From positions 1 to 54,139 of the forward strand of contig JAIPFQ010000002.1 of the NCBI GenBank assembly GCA_021736605.1: a stretch of 54,139 nt of DNA. Reading direction: 5' to 3'. The notes beneath the pieces are model-generated. The model worked only from the letters and a program-made list of their open reading frames with translations. It did not search any database and was not told the origin of the DNA. Shown in pieces: positions 26,102-34,934 of this stretch. This stretch comes from Spirochaetales bacterium. GTDB lineage: Bacteria > Spirochaetota > Spirochaetia > PWKH01. The position numbers and the translations under genes are program-made. Position 1 is the first letter of the stretch. The number at the start of each line of letters is the position of its first letter.

Positions 26102-27415
26102 CTATTCAGCTTCAGCTAACGCTTCAGCTGCTAATTCAACAAAATCATCAACATGAATTGAAACTCCGGAAATTGCATCTGTCTTTCCTTCTTCATTATA
26201 GCTTATAGCAGCAGGATCCTGAGTTTCCAGGAGGCGCTGCTCCATCAGGTTTGCTTGAACAGTCCAATCAGACTGTGCTCCTCCGTGTTCTACCATCCCG
26301 TATTCACCAGCTGCATCTACTTCTTTTTTATTTTCGCCGGCTTCATTAACAGCGTTCCAATTTACTGCAACAATAAAACCATTTGCTACAGCAATATCAA
26401 TAGTAGCTTTCCAACCTGATGACTCAGAAAAACTATCCGCTTCTGCATGATAGGTACCATCTTTATAAGGAGCTTTTCCATCTGGTCCGTCATTCAGTGC
26501 TTTTTCAACTAATTCAAAAAAGTCGTTTACGTGAATAGAAACACCTGCAATATCATCTGTGTGTCCTTCATCATCGGAGTATGTGACTGCAGCAGGGTCC
26601 TGGCTTTCAAGAAGAAATTTCTCAGCTTCCTGAGCCTGAACATGCCATTCAGCCTGTGCTTGGCTATTGGCAACCATACCGTAGTCTCCCTCTTCTGAAG
26701 CTGTTTTCTTGGATTCACCTGCTTCATTAACGGCATCCCAGTATGCAGCAACGATTCTGCCGCTTACCACAGTAAGGTCTACAGTAGATTTCCAGCCTGA
26801 TCCAGCAAATTCCATGGCTTGTGCAAAATAGCGGCCATCTTCATAGGGACCTAAACCTGAAGGCCCTTGAGCAAGAGCTTTTTCGGCGAGTTCAAAGAAT
26901 TCAACGACATGGATAGATACTCCTGCGATGTCATCTGTGTGTCCTTCATCATCAGAATAGGTGATTGCAGCAGGATCCTGATTTTCCAGCAGAAATTGCT
27001 CAGCTTTCTCTGCCTGTTCGTACCACTCAGCCTGAGCTCCTGCGATCGCGACCATATTGTACATTCCCATCTTATCGGTGGTCTTTTTATCAAGTCCGCC
27101 TTCGACATTGGCACCATTCCATTCAGCAGAAACAATCTCTCCATCTTCTACTTCCAGGGTAACCATATATTTCCAGCCGGTCTTCTCAGAAAAACCATCT
27201 TCCTGAGCAAAATATATCCCGTCTTCATAATCCGCTGCTTCTACAGTTGGAGCTTCCTCAGTAACTTGTTCCTCAGCTTGGGGTTCAGGTTCTTCAACTG
27301 GTGCAGGGGCTGGTGCTTCTTCCTCTTTTGAGCATTGTGTAAAGAGCAGCATTAGCGCTGCTAGTGAAAAGATAAGAAGAACAGAAATTGAAATTCTTGC
27401 TATTCTTTTTGTCAT
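26102..27415 (-). CDS. Lipoprotein with three tandem ~126-aa FMN-bind-like modules (PplA-like candidate flavoprotein)
   Basis: A signal peptide ends in a lipobox-like LFTQC, followed by an acidic Pro-rich tether. Three modules follow, each starting DG.Y and ending TDDIAGVSIHV (twice) or TDAISGVSIHV (once). The DNA period is 378 bp. GGAGGGAG RBS. Confidence 0.6.
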   Translation of the reverse strand: MTKRIARISISVLLIFSLAALMLLFTQCSKEEEAPAPAPVEEPEPQAEEQVTEEAPTVEAADYEDGIYFAQEDGFSEKTGWKYMVTLEVEDGEIVSAEWNGANVEGGLDKKTTDKMGMYNMVAIAGAQAEWYEQAEKAEQFLLENQDPAAITYSDDEGHTDDIAGVSIHVVEFFELAEKALAQGPSGLGPYEDGRYFAQAMEFAGSGWKSTVDLTVVSGRIVAAYWDAVNEAGESKKTASEEGDYGMVANSQAQAEWHVQAQEAEKFLLESQDPAAVTYSDDEGHTDDIAGVSIHVNDFFELVEKALNDGPDGKAPYKDGTYHAEADSFSESSGWKATIDIAVANGFIVAVNWNAVNEAGENKKEVDAAGEYGMVEHGGAQSDWTVQANLMEQRLLETQDPAAISYNEEGKTDAISGVSIHVDDFVELAAEALAEAE

Positions 27416-27528
27416 AAACTTTCTCCCTCCAAAAAATTAATTCTGAGTAAAATTATAAGTAAAAAATCGTTTTAAAGCAATAGTTTTTGTTTTATTTATT
27501 ATGTAAATATGATATATTTACTATTGTA

Positions 27529-27906
27529 ATGAAAAATGTGAAGTTAGTTGATATTATAATTATATTTTTCACAATAATAACTATAATAATATTTTCCCTG
27601 TTTGTTTATTTGCAGCCGAATGATGCAAAACAGGTAGTTATTGAATCTTCTCATGAAACATGGATATATGATATAAACGATGACATGATAATTGATATAC
27701 CAGGTCCTCTAGGAGAGACAGAGGTCGTCATCCAGAACGGTTCAGTTCATGTTCATGATTCCCCCTGCAGGAATAAAATTTGTGTTTCCACTGGTGAGAT
27801 AAAAAGAACAGGTCAGTGGATTATCTGTCTGCCCAATGATGTGTTTGTAAGAATTGAGGGAAGGGAAGATACCAATGAAGATAAGGTAGATGATGTCGCA
27901 TTCTGA
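27529..27906 (+). CDS. NusG domain II-containing membrane-anchored protein
   Basis: An N-terminal TM helix is followed by ETEVVIQNGSVHVHDSPCRNKICVSTGEIKRTGQWIICLPNDVFVRIEG, typical of the NusG_II family. I prefer ATG 27529 to the track's TTG 27487. Confidence 0.7.
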   Translation: MKNVKLVDIIIIFFTIITIIIFSLFVYLQPNDAKQVVIESSHETWIYDINDDMIIDIPGPLGETEVVIQNGSVHVHDSPCRNKICVSTGEIKRTGQWIICLPNDVFVRIEGREDTNEDKVDDVAF

Positions 27907-29248
27907 AATATCCAAAGCCGACCAAAAAGCTGACAAAAAAAAAGAAAGCAGCATTTCACAGATGAGTGGGGAAGAAACTGCAGAAATTCATGGGAATTTC
28001 AGGCTTGAAACAATAGCTCTCCTTGGAGCATTGGCTCTTTTCCTCTCAACAGTTGAATATCTGGTTCCAAAGCCGGTCCCTTTTATGCGCTTAGGACTTG
28101 CGAATTTAGCTGTAATGATCGGGCTTTCCTTTCTGAATAACCGAGAATATCTACTTTTAGTCGTACTGAAGGTAGTTGGTCAAGGGCTGGTACATGGAAC
28201 AGTTTTTTCATATATTTTTCTATTCTCCCTGGCAGGAAGTACCGCCAGCGGTATCGTTATGCTTCTTTTATTCAGGCTGGTTAATAGCCATGTCTCATTT
28301 GTCGGCATTGGTATTGCTGGAGGGATAAGCAGTAATCTGATGCAGATACTGCTGGCGAGGCTTATTCTATTTGGTGAAAGCGCCTGGCTGATAGCTCCGC
28401 CATTTCTCATATTAGGATTCTTTTCTTCTCTGTTTCTCGGTATACTGGTACAGCGATTCTACAATCAGTCAGCCTGGATACAAAAACACATGTCTCAAGT
28501 CTCTAATGATAGAACACGAATACAAATACTGGAAAAACTGAAAATAGACAGATCGGCATTTTCATTGCGCAGCAGAAACAATCTGCCCATGCTTTTCGGG
28601 CTTTCCATGATTCCCGCCATTGTGTTTACTGATTCAGTTTGGATCCTTTCTGCACAGCTTCTATTTCTTCTTACTCTGCATAAAGTTCAAGGGCGTAAGA
28701 TAAAGTTACTGCCGAATATAATTATGATTGCTTCTATTTCTGTTCTGAATCTGCTTCAGGCGAACGGTAAAGTTCTCTATTACCTGGGTAATTTTCCGGT
28801 TACAGAAGGCGCGCTGGTCATTGGTTTAAGAAAGGCTTTTCTATTAATAGAGTTGATCTATTTATCACAATATATGGTTTCCAGAAATCCGGTTTTCCCT
28901 GGTAAAGCAGGTGCTTTGTTATCTCTGCAGTTTTCCTATTTCAATAAACTCATGAAAAACAGATTTTCTCTGCATCCAGGAAGATTTATGAAAGATGTCG
29001 ATGAAATGATAATCACCATGGAACAGGAACAACTGGAATTAGCGGAAGATGAAGCGGAAGGATCAGCATCAGGTCCTGACGACTTTTCAATCAGCCTGAG
29101 AAAGGGAAAGGGTAGGACTGAGTCCCGTAAAAACAATCTTATTCATGGTCCCGGTTTTCTGCGTGAAGGGGCAGCTGCGATATTTTTTTGGCTGCTTACC
29201 ATTTTACTACCGCTGCTCCTAAGCGAAATACCCAAAGTGTCACCATGA
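27890..29248 (+). CDS. Gx transporter (Hpre_diP_synt_I-type, ECF-S-like) fused to a second polytopic domain resembling EcfT/CbiQ
   Basis: The N-terminal half (LSTVEYLVPKPVPFMRLGLANLAVMIG ... GGISSNLMQILLARL) matches my memory of the Gx-transporter family. Calling the second half (residues ~230-350) T-component-like is a weaker inference. Confidence 0.55.
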   Translation: MMSHSEISKADQKADKKKESSISQMSGEETAEIHGNFRLETIALLGALALFLSTVEYLVPKPVPFMRLGLANLAVMIGLSFLNNREYLLLVVLKVVGQGLVHGTVFSYIFLFSLAGSTASGIVMLLLFRLVNSHVSFVGIGIAGGISSNLMQILLARLILFGESAWLIAPPFLILGFFSSLFLGILVQRFYNQSAWIQKHMSQVSNDRTRIQILEKLKIDRSAFSLRSRNNLPMLFGLSMIPAIVFTDSVWILSAQLLFLLTLHKVQGRKIKLLPNIIMIASISVLNLLQANGKVLYYLGNFPVTEGALVIGLRKAFLLIELIYLSQYMVSRNPVFPGKAGALLSLQFSYFNKLMKNRFSLHPGRFMKDVDEMIITMEQEQLELAEDEAEGSASGPDDFSISLRKGKGRTESRKNNLIHGPGFLREGAAAIFFWLLTILLPLLLSEIPKVSP

Positions 29249-29280
29249 AACTATACCGGAATAGTAGTTCATGGGAGAGT

Positions 29281-30420
29281 TTATAAGTGAATGCTGTAAT
29301 CATCATTATTTAAAGAATAGGTATAAGTCCCTTTATCAGCCGATTCTTCACCATCAGCAGCATCCTTATCAGCATCTTCTGCTTTAATACCCGAAGTAAG
29401 ATGGATCTCTTTTTTATTATCAACAAAAACTGCCTCAATACCGTCCATCTCCTCGATGAAAGAAATGCCTTGTTCCAAGCCCATGGAAAAAACTGCGGTG
29501 GATAAGGCATCAGCAATAAAGGATTCTTCACTTAAAATACTGACACTTTCGATGCTGTTTTCTACGGGATATCCGGTTTCAGTACTGAGGATATGATGAT
29601 ATCGGGAACCTTCCACTGTAAAATACCGCTCATAAGTACCGGAAGTTACAACAGCACCGCTTGTAAAACTGATTACCATCAGGTAATCACCTCGTGGTGA
29701 AGCAGGATCCTGGATTCCAATTCGCCAGGGATCATTTCCCGGTTTGGATCCTACAGTTTGAATATTTCCGCCAAGATTTATTATTGCACCTTCTATTCCT
29801 TCTGAAATGAAAAGATCCCGGAGTATATCGGCAGCGTAGCCCTTAGCGATACCTCCGACATCAATAACCATTCCTTCCCGTTCCAATCCAATTTCATGTG
29901 TTTTATTTTTCTCAAATATAATATCTTTATAGTCGACCAGAGGCAGCAGTTCATCTAATTCGTCATCAGAAGGTATCCGGGCATTGTCTGAGCCGATTCC
30001 CCATGCTTGTACGACTGGTCCAATTGTGGGATCAAATGAAGCTTCACTGATTTCAGAAATATGGACCGCCTCTTTTAGAACCGAAAAAGTATCATCTGAA
30101 ACAGGGACCAGTGAACTTCCTGCAGCCTTGTTAATACGGTTAATTTCACTTTCTTCAATATTCAAGCTCATTAATTCTTCAATCCTATCAAGCTTGTCAA
30201 AAGCCTGTTGAAAAATATGAGATTCTTCAGATATTCCTTCATCATATATACTGATTCTGCAAACAGTTCCCAGTGCTAAATGATTAGAATACACCGGTTT
30301 ATATGTAGTTTTATCAGTATTATGTGAAACATATTCACTTTTACAACCGTTCATATAAAGAAAACATGATAAAATTAGTAAAAATAGCCAGTTTATGTGT
30401 AGAAATCTTTTAAAATCCAT
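29281..30420 (-). CDS. apbE: FAD:protein FMN transferase (ApbE/Ftp) lipoprotein
   Basis: The lipobox is YMNGC. ApbE motifs are present: SEINRINKAAG, SFDPTIGPVVQAWGIG, VGGIAKGYAAD. Confidence 0.9.
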   Translation of the reverse strand: MDFKRFLHINWLFLLILSCFLYMNGCKSEYVSHNTDKTTYKPVYSNHLALGTVCRISIYDEGISEESHIFQQAFDKLDRIEELMSLNIEESEINRINKAAGSSLVPVSDDTFSVLKEAVHISEISEASFDPTIGPVVQAWGIGSDNARIPSDDELDELLPLVDYKDIIFEKNKTHEIGLEREGMVIDVGGIAKGYAADILRDLFISEGIEGAIINLGGNIQTVGSKPGNDPWRIGIQDPASPRGDYLMVISFTSGAVVTSGTYERYFTVEGSRYHHILSTETGYPVENSIESVSILSEESFIADALSTAVFSMGLEQGISFIEEMDGIEAVFVDNKKEIHLTSGIKAEDADKDAADGEESADKGTYTYSLNNDDYSIHL

Positions 30421-30503
30421 GGTTAAATTATGATGAAAAAAGTAAGACTTGACAACTGTCGATTTGGCTATTAGTTTGTATTTGCAGATAAAATTGGGAG
30501 TAT

Positions 30504-32396
30504 ATGATGAATAAAATTAAAATTGTGATTCTCGGCGGCGGGTATGCCGGTGTACATGCAGGAAAAAAGCTGCATAAGAAATTCAAGAAGCTGAAAGACC
30601 GTGTAGAAGTGACCCTTATTGACAAAAAACCATATCATACCTTGATGACGGAACTGCATGAAGTTGCAGGAGGTAGAGTCGGCGAGGAATCTGTAAAAAT
30701 ATCATTTGACAGAATTTTTTCAGGCAAAATGGTCAATGTTGTACAAGACGAAATTAATGATATTGATTTTAATAATCAGAAACTTGTTTCGTCGGATAAC
30801 TCCTATGAATATGATTATCTCCTCATATCTACAGGGGCAGAAGCTTCTGATTTTGGTATTCCGGGAATTAAAGAGCACTCTTTTCCCCTCTGGGGGCTTG
30901 AAGAGGCTTTAGCCATTCGAGAGCATATAGAAGATGTTGTTCGCAGAGCTGCAGTTGAAAAGGATGATCAGAAAAGAAAAGAAATGCTGACCTTTGTAGT
31001 TGCAGGTGCCGGTTTTACTGGTATAGAAATGATGGGAGAGTTAGTAGAATGGCTTCCAGTACTCTGTAAAAAACATCATATTGATATAGATGAGGTTTCC
31101 CTGAAGACTGTTGAGGGCTTAGGTAAGATATTGAATACCTGGCCTGAAAAGCCGAGGAAAAAAGTAGAGAAATTTCTCAAAAGGAAAGGTGTGGATCTGC
31201 ATCTGAATTCTTTCATTACTAAAGCTGAAAAAGATAGACTGGAATTGAAAGATGGAACGGTTATAAAAACAGATACCATTATTTGGACCTGCGGAATAAA
31301 GGGATCTTCTTTCGGTGAAACTCTTGACCTTGAAGAAGGGAAAATGGCCAGAAAGAAAGTTGACGCATACATGAAAAGTCCCAATTATGATAATGTGTAT
31401 CTGGCTGGAGACCAAGTGTGGTTTCTGGAAGAAGAAAGACCGCTTCCGCAGATTGTTGAAGCTGCCGAACAGACGGCTTCAGTTGCTGTTGATGGAATCA
31501 CTTTTAAAGCAAAGGGCCAGTTAGGCTATGATGTAAAGGAACCCAAACCCTTCTCATCAAATTTTCATGGTTATATGGTCTCGATTGGCGGTAAATATGG
31601 TGTATCCTACACCATGGGTTTCTCTCTATCTGGATTTTTCGCTTTGGCGCTGAAGCATCTTATCAACATCTATTACCAGCATACTGTTTGCGGGGTAAAC
31701 GGCTGGTGGAGGTATATTCAGCACGAAATTTTGAATATTAAAAATAAACGCTCATTGATCGGCGGCCTTGCTTCATTTAAAGTGCAGTCCTACTGGACAA
31801 CCTTTCTTCGCATGTTCCTTGGAGCAATGTGGTTTATTGAAGGAATAAAAAAGGTCCTTGAAGGCTGGCTGGCTGATAAAACTGGCGGATACGTCTACTG
31901 GGGAAGCAGCGCAGAAGGGGCAGACGCTACAGCATCAGCATCTGCTGCTGAATGGGGAGAAGGTGCGGCTGAGACAGCTGAAGCAGCAGGTGAGGCTGTT
32001 CAGCAGTTTGCACCGCCCCTGCTTGATAATCCGACTCTGTTATTTCAGTGGGTAAATGAGACTTTTGTTGCACAGGCCCCCTATTTCTTCCAGGTTATGA
32101 TTGTTGTAGGGGAGATCCTTCTTGGACTCTGCTTCCTTGGAGGCTTATTCACATTTCCTGCGGCAGTTGCCTCTATCGGACTCTCCGTTATGCTTCTTAT
32201 TGGAGCGATGGCAGGACAGGAAATTCTGTGGTATATCGCCGTTTCAATTGTGATGCTCGGCGGAGCTGGGCGAGCTTTCGGATTAGATTACTGGGTTATG
32301 CCTTGGATTAAGAAAATTTGGAACAGTACACGACTTGCACATAAGACTTACCTGTATCTTGATGAGCCTGTAATGAAGTGGAAGAAAAGAAAGTAA
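30504..32396 (+). CDS. ndh: Type II NADH dehydrogenase (NDH-2) fused to a C-terminal DoxX-like membrane domain
   Basis: Two dinucleotide folds are present (ILGGGYAGV, VAGAGFTGIE). After ~residue 400 there are TM helices split by an Ala/Glu-rich linker, ending ...GEILLGLCFLGGLFTFPAA...MLGGAGRAFGLDYWV (DoxX-like). Confidence 0.8.
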   Translation: MMNKIKIVILGGGYAGVHAGKKLHKKFKKLKDRVEVTLIDKKPYHTLMTELHEVAGGRVGEESVKISFDRIFSGKMVNVVQDEINDIDFNNQKLVSSDNSYEYDYLLISTGAEASDFGIPGIKEHSFPLWGLEEALAIREHIEDVVRRAAVEKDDQKRKEMLTFVVAGAGFTGIEMMGELVEWLPVLCKKHHIDIDEVSLKTVEGLGKILNTWPEKPRKKVEKFLKRKGVDLHLNSFITKAEKDRLELKDGTVIKTDTIIWTCGIKGSSFGETLDLEEGKMARKKVDAYMKSPNYDNVYLAGDQVWFLEEERPLPQIVEAAEQTASVAVDGITFKAKGQLGYDVKEPKPFSSNFHGYMVSIGGKYGVSYTMGFSLSGFFALALKHLINIYYQHTVCGVNGWWRYIQHEILNIKNKRSLIGGLASFKVQSYWTTFLRMFLGAMWFIEGIKKVLEGWLADKTGGYVYWGSSAEGADATASASAAEWGEGAAETAEAAGEAVQQFAPPLLDNPTLLFQWVNETFVAQAPYFFQVMIVVGEILLGLCFLGGLFTFPAAVASIGLSVMLLIGAMAGQEILWYIAVSIVMLGGAGRAFGLDYWVMPWIKKIWNSTRLAHKTYLYLDEPVMKWKKRK

Positions 32397-32426
32397 TAAA
32401 GTAGTAAGTGAAAGGAAACTGAATAC

Positions 32427-33419
32427 GTGATACATGATTTTTGGAAGGATGCGCCTGAAATTGAAAAAGAACTTGAACGAGTGGATTATGAAATATATCG
32501 TTCAGTTTCCTCGGCTCATGGTTTCATTAAAGAGCATATACAGGACTTAGTAACACAGCAGGGCAAAAAATTACGCCCTGCCTGTGTACTCCTCTCTTAC
32601 CAGATCATTTCAGATAAACTTCCTAACGATACGATATATCGATTAGCAGCAGGTGTTGAATTAATCCACCTAGCTTCTTTAATACATGATGATATTATTG
32701 ATGATGCAGACCGCAGAAGGGGCAAACCTGCGCTTCATGCAAAAATAGGGAATAAAAAAGCGATTGTAGCAGGTGATTTTTTACTTGCAAAAGCCTTTTC
32801 ACTCCTTTCTCGTGAAGAAGTGGATTCATTGAATCCATCAGTAGTCTCCCGCAGAATTACACGACTTTGTGAAAGTGAGATTGACCAGGATAGTGAAATT
32901 GGTGATTATTCCATTTCAAAATCCCATTATCTCAGAAGAATAGCTGGCAAAACCGCATCCCTGTTTTCCCTCAGCTGCTATGTTGGAGCACAGGCCGGGG
33001 AGGCCAGCAGAACCACAGTCATGCAGCTTTCACGACTGGGGTATAATATAGGAATGGCATTTCAGATAAGGGATGATATCCTTGATTACTCAGGTGACAG
33101 TCGAAATCTTGGAAAAGAAATAGGTAAAGATCTGGAATCTGGAATTGCTACATTACCCCTTATCTTAGCTCTTGATAATGAGAAACGTAAAAAAATGGAT
33201 TCTCTGCATGCTCATTTACGTACTTTTACGCAGAGCAATCAAGATTCTAAGAAAAAAATCATAAAGCTTATACAAGACCTTAAGGGAGTTGAAAATTCCC
33301 AGAAAATGGTTGATGACTATTTACGCCTTGCAAAAAGGGATCTGAAAAAACTTACCCCCAATTCCGCCAATAAAACGTTTCAATGGATGCTGAATGCTCT
33401 GCTGGAAAGCAGCTTGTAG
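32427..33419 (+). CDS. Long-chain polyprenyl diphosphate synthase (hepta/octaprenyl type)
   Basis: The first Asp-rich motif is LIHDDIIDDADRRRGKP and the second is FQIRDDILDY. The start codon is GTG. Confidence 0.85.
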   Translation: MIHDFWKDAPEIEKELERVDYEIYRSVSSAHGFIKEHIQDLVTQQGKKLRPACVLLSYQIISDKLPNDTIYRLAAGVELIHLASLIHDDIIDDADRRRGKPALHAKIGNKKAIVAGDFLLAKAFSLLSREEVDSLNPSVVSRRITRLCESEIDQDSEIGDYSISKSHYLRRIAGKTASLFSLSCYVGAQAGEASRTTVMQLSRLGYNIGMAFQIRDDILDYSGDSRNLGKEIGKDLESGIATLPLILALDNEKRKKMDSLHAHLRTFTQSNQDSKKKIIKLIQDLKGVENSQKMVDDYLRLAKRDLKKLTPNSANKTFQWMLNALLESSL

Positions 33420-33576
33420 CTATCAGGATCTGCATTTAGCTATCAGGAGCTGGATTGAATTTGGTGAGAAGATGCTAAGCACCTCTGTAACCTTCAAATG
33501 ATTTTACTGTTTACTAATTAAAGTTTGAAAATTTTCTGTCTCAATACTGCATTACCAATCACAAAAGAGGATATTT

Positions 33577-34743
33577 ATGTTCAGGAAAAGTATTTTACTG
33601 CTCTTTGCATTCAGCACATTAACTGGGTTCAGCATGCACTCACTATCTGCTCTTGATTCGTTTTCTTCAAATCCGGGTGAGGCTAGAATCATGGGTTTGT
33701 CAGGAGCTTATACCGCTGTTACCGATGACAGTAACGCTTTATTCTACAATCCTGCCGGTTTGTCTGAGCTTCAGAATGGTAACACAAAGGTTCAGCTGGA
33801 CTATGAGGATGCAGTAACCATGAATGGACTGGAAATTGATAATATGGATCATTTTTTTTCAAAGCCCTTGATAACTCCAAAAATTCTGTATACAGCACCC
33901 AATTGGGGCATATCTCTCTATTCAGGATATCAGTCAGATATTATTGATGCAGAAGGAAGTTCTTCTGATGAAGTGGTTTTGGATATTACTAAAAAAAATG
34001 TTTTGGAAGCCGGTTTCAGCTTTGATTTAGGTTCCATTTCTCTCGGTTTGGGTTTTCGGTCTTCAAAAGAACTTAACGCAGAATCAATAACATTAGAAAA
34101 AAATATTTCAACGGAAAATCTCTATATTGAACTGTTCCAGAATGTTCTTCTAGGTGATTATTCTTCCCAGAACGGTGAAAACGAAGAACTGATGGTAAGC
34201 GGCGGATTTTTAGCTGATTTAGGGAGTTTTTCTGTGGGGGTGTATAATGACTCCTTAATTGATCTCATTTCTCTGACAAATGAGGGAGATATTCTTAATT
34301 CCTTCTTTAAAGACATAAATATTGGAGCTGCTTTTCGTACAAGAAACTATGATGATTACGGCAACATTAAACTGCTGAGATTCCTTTGGGCTCTTGATAT
34401 TGACAATGCAGCCTTGGGAATTTTTGAAGAAAATGAGGATCCGGACAAGGATCAGAGAAAACTGCAGATTGGGTTTGAAACAGGACTCTATTTTTCAGAA
34501 AAGGCTAATTTAGCAATTCGTGCAGGATACAGTGAACCGCTTCCAGATTACAGGGACCTGCTTTTTGGTTTGAATATCAATGAGGGAACTTTCTCCTTCG
34601 GACTCGGGCTGAACTTATTATTTACAACTTTTGATGTAGGAGTACAGGTTCCTCCAGATGCTTTTGTCCTGCTTATTGACCCTGAATATGACTACACCGG
34701 TGAACCCGTACAAGGAAGAATCACCATGGGAGTTTCTTTTTAA
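33577..34743 (+). CDS. Putative outer-membrane beta-barrel protein (UPF0164/FadL-like or PorV-like)
   Basis: A signal peptide is followed by ARIMGLSGAYTAVTDDSNALFYNPAGLSEL, alternating beta-strand-like segments and a C-terminal ...GVSF. AAGAGGA RBS. Confidence 0.5.
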   Translation: MFRKSILLLFAFSTLTGFSMHSLSALDSFSSNPGEARIMGLSGAYTAVTDDSNALFYNPAGLSELQNGNTKVQLDYEDAVTMNGLEIDNMDHFFSKPLITPKILYTAPNWGISLYSGYQSDIIDAEGSSSDEVVLDITKKNVLEAGFSFDLGSISLGLGFRSSKELNAESITLEKNISTENLYIELFQNVLLGDYSSQNGENEELMVSGGFLADLGSFSVGVYNDSLIDLISLTNEGDILNSFFKDINIGAAFRTRNYDDYGNIKLLRFLWALDIDNAALGIFEENEDPDKDQRKLQIGFETGLYFSEKANLAIRAGYSEPLPDYRDLLFGLNINEGTFSFGLGLNLLFTTFDVGVQVPPDAFVLLIDPEYDYTGEPVQGRITMGVSF

Positions 34744-34768
34744 GGTGTTTTAAGATTTTTAAGATACT

Positions 34769-34797
34769 GGGCGGCACAAAGCTTTTTGCCGCCCTTT
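34769..34797. terminator. Hairpin terminator between convergent genes (GGGCGGCA, 10-nt loop, TGCCGCCC, then TTT)
   Basis: The 8-bp GC-rich stem pairs 34769-34776 with 34787-34794. The T tract on the plus strand is short. Confidence 0.5.
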
Positions 34798-34934
34798 CCA
34801 TATGCTGAATAAGTAAAACAGAAAAGTGTGAAATTCTTTTCTATCTTGAAAGGTCTATATGTCTATCAAAAGGATTTTCTTTGAAGGAGGGGGTAAACGT
34901 ATCCCCCCCTAGACACCTTGATTCTGCCCCAATT

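Noticed and set aside
25850-26119. An 89-aa plus-strand ORF starts at a TTG 10 nt downstream of a perfect AAGGAGG.
   Set aside because: The product is low-complexity and Ser/Leu-rich. The ORF runs through the terminator hairpins and into the 3' end of the convergent lipoprotein gene. The SD-like sequence is buried in an 8-bp hairpin. It is more likely a by-product of the G+C-rich structured element.
33417-33448. A 12-bp direct repeat, TAGCTATCAGGA, occurs twice 20 bp apart at the end of the polyprenyl synthase gene.
   Set aside because: It is short and the first copy overlaps the stop codon. No associated structure or promoter is evident, so I treat it as low information.
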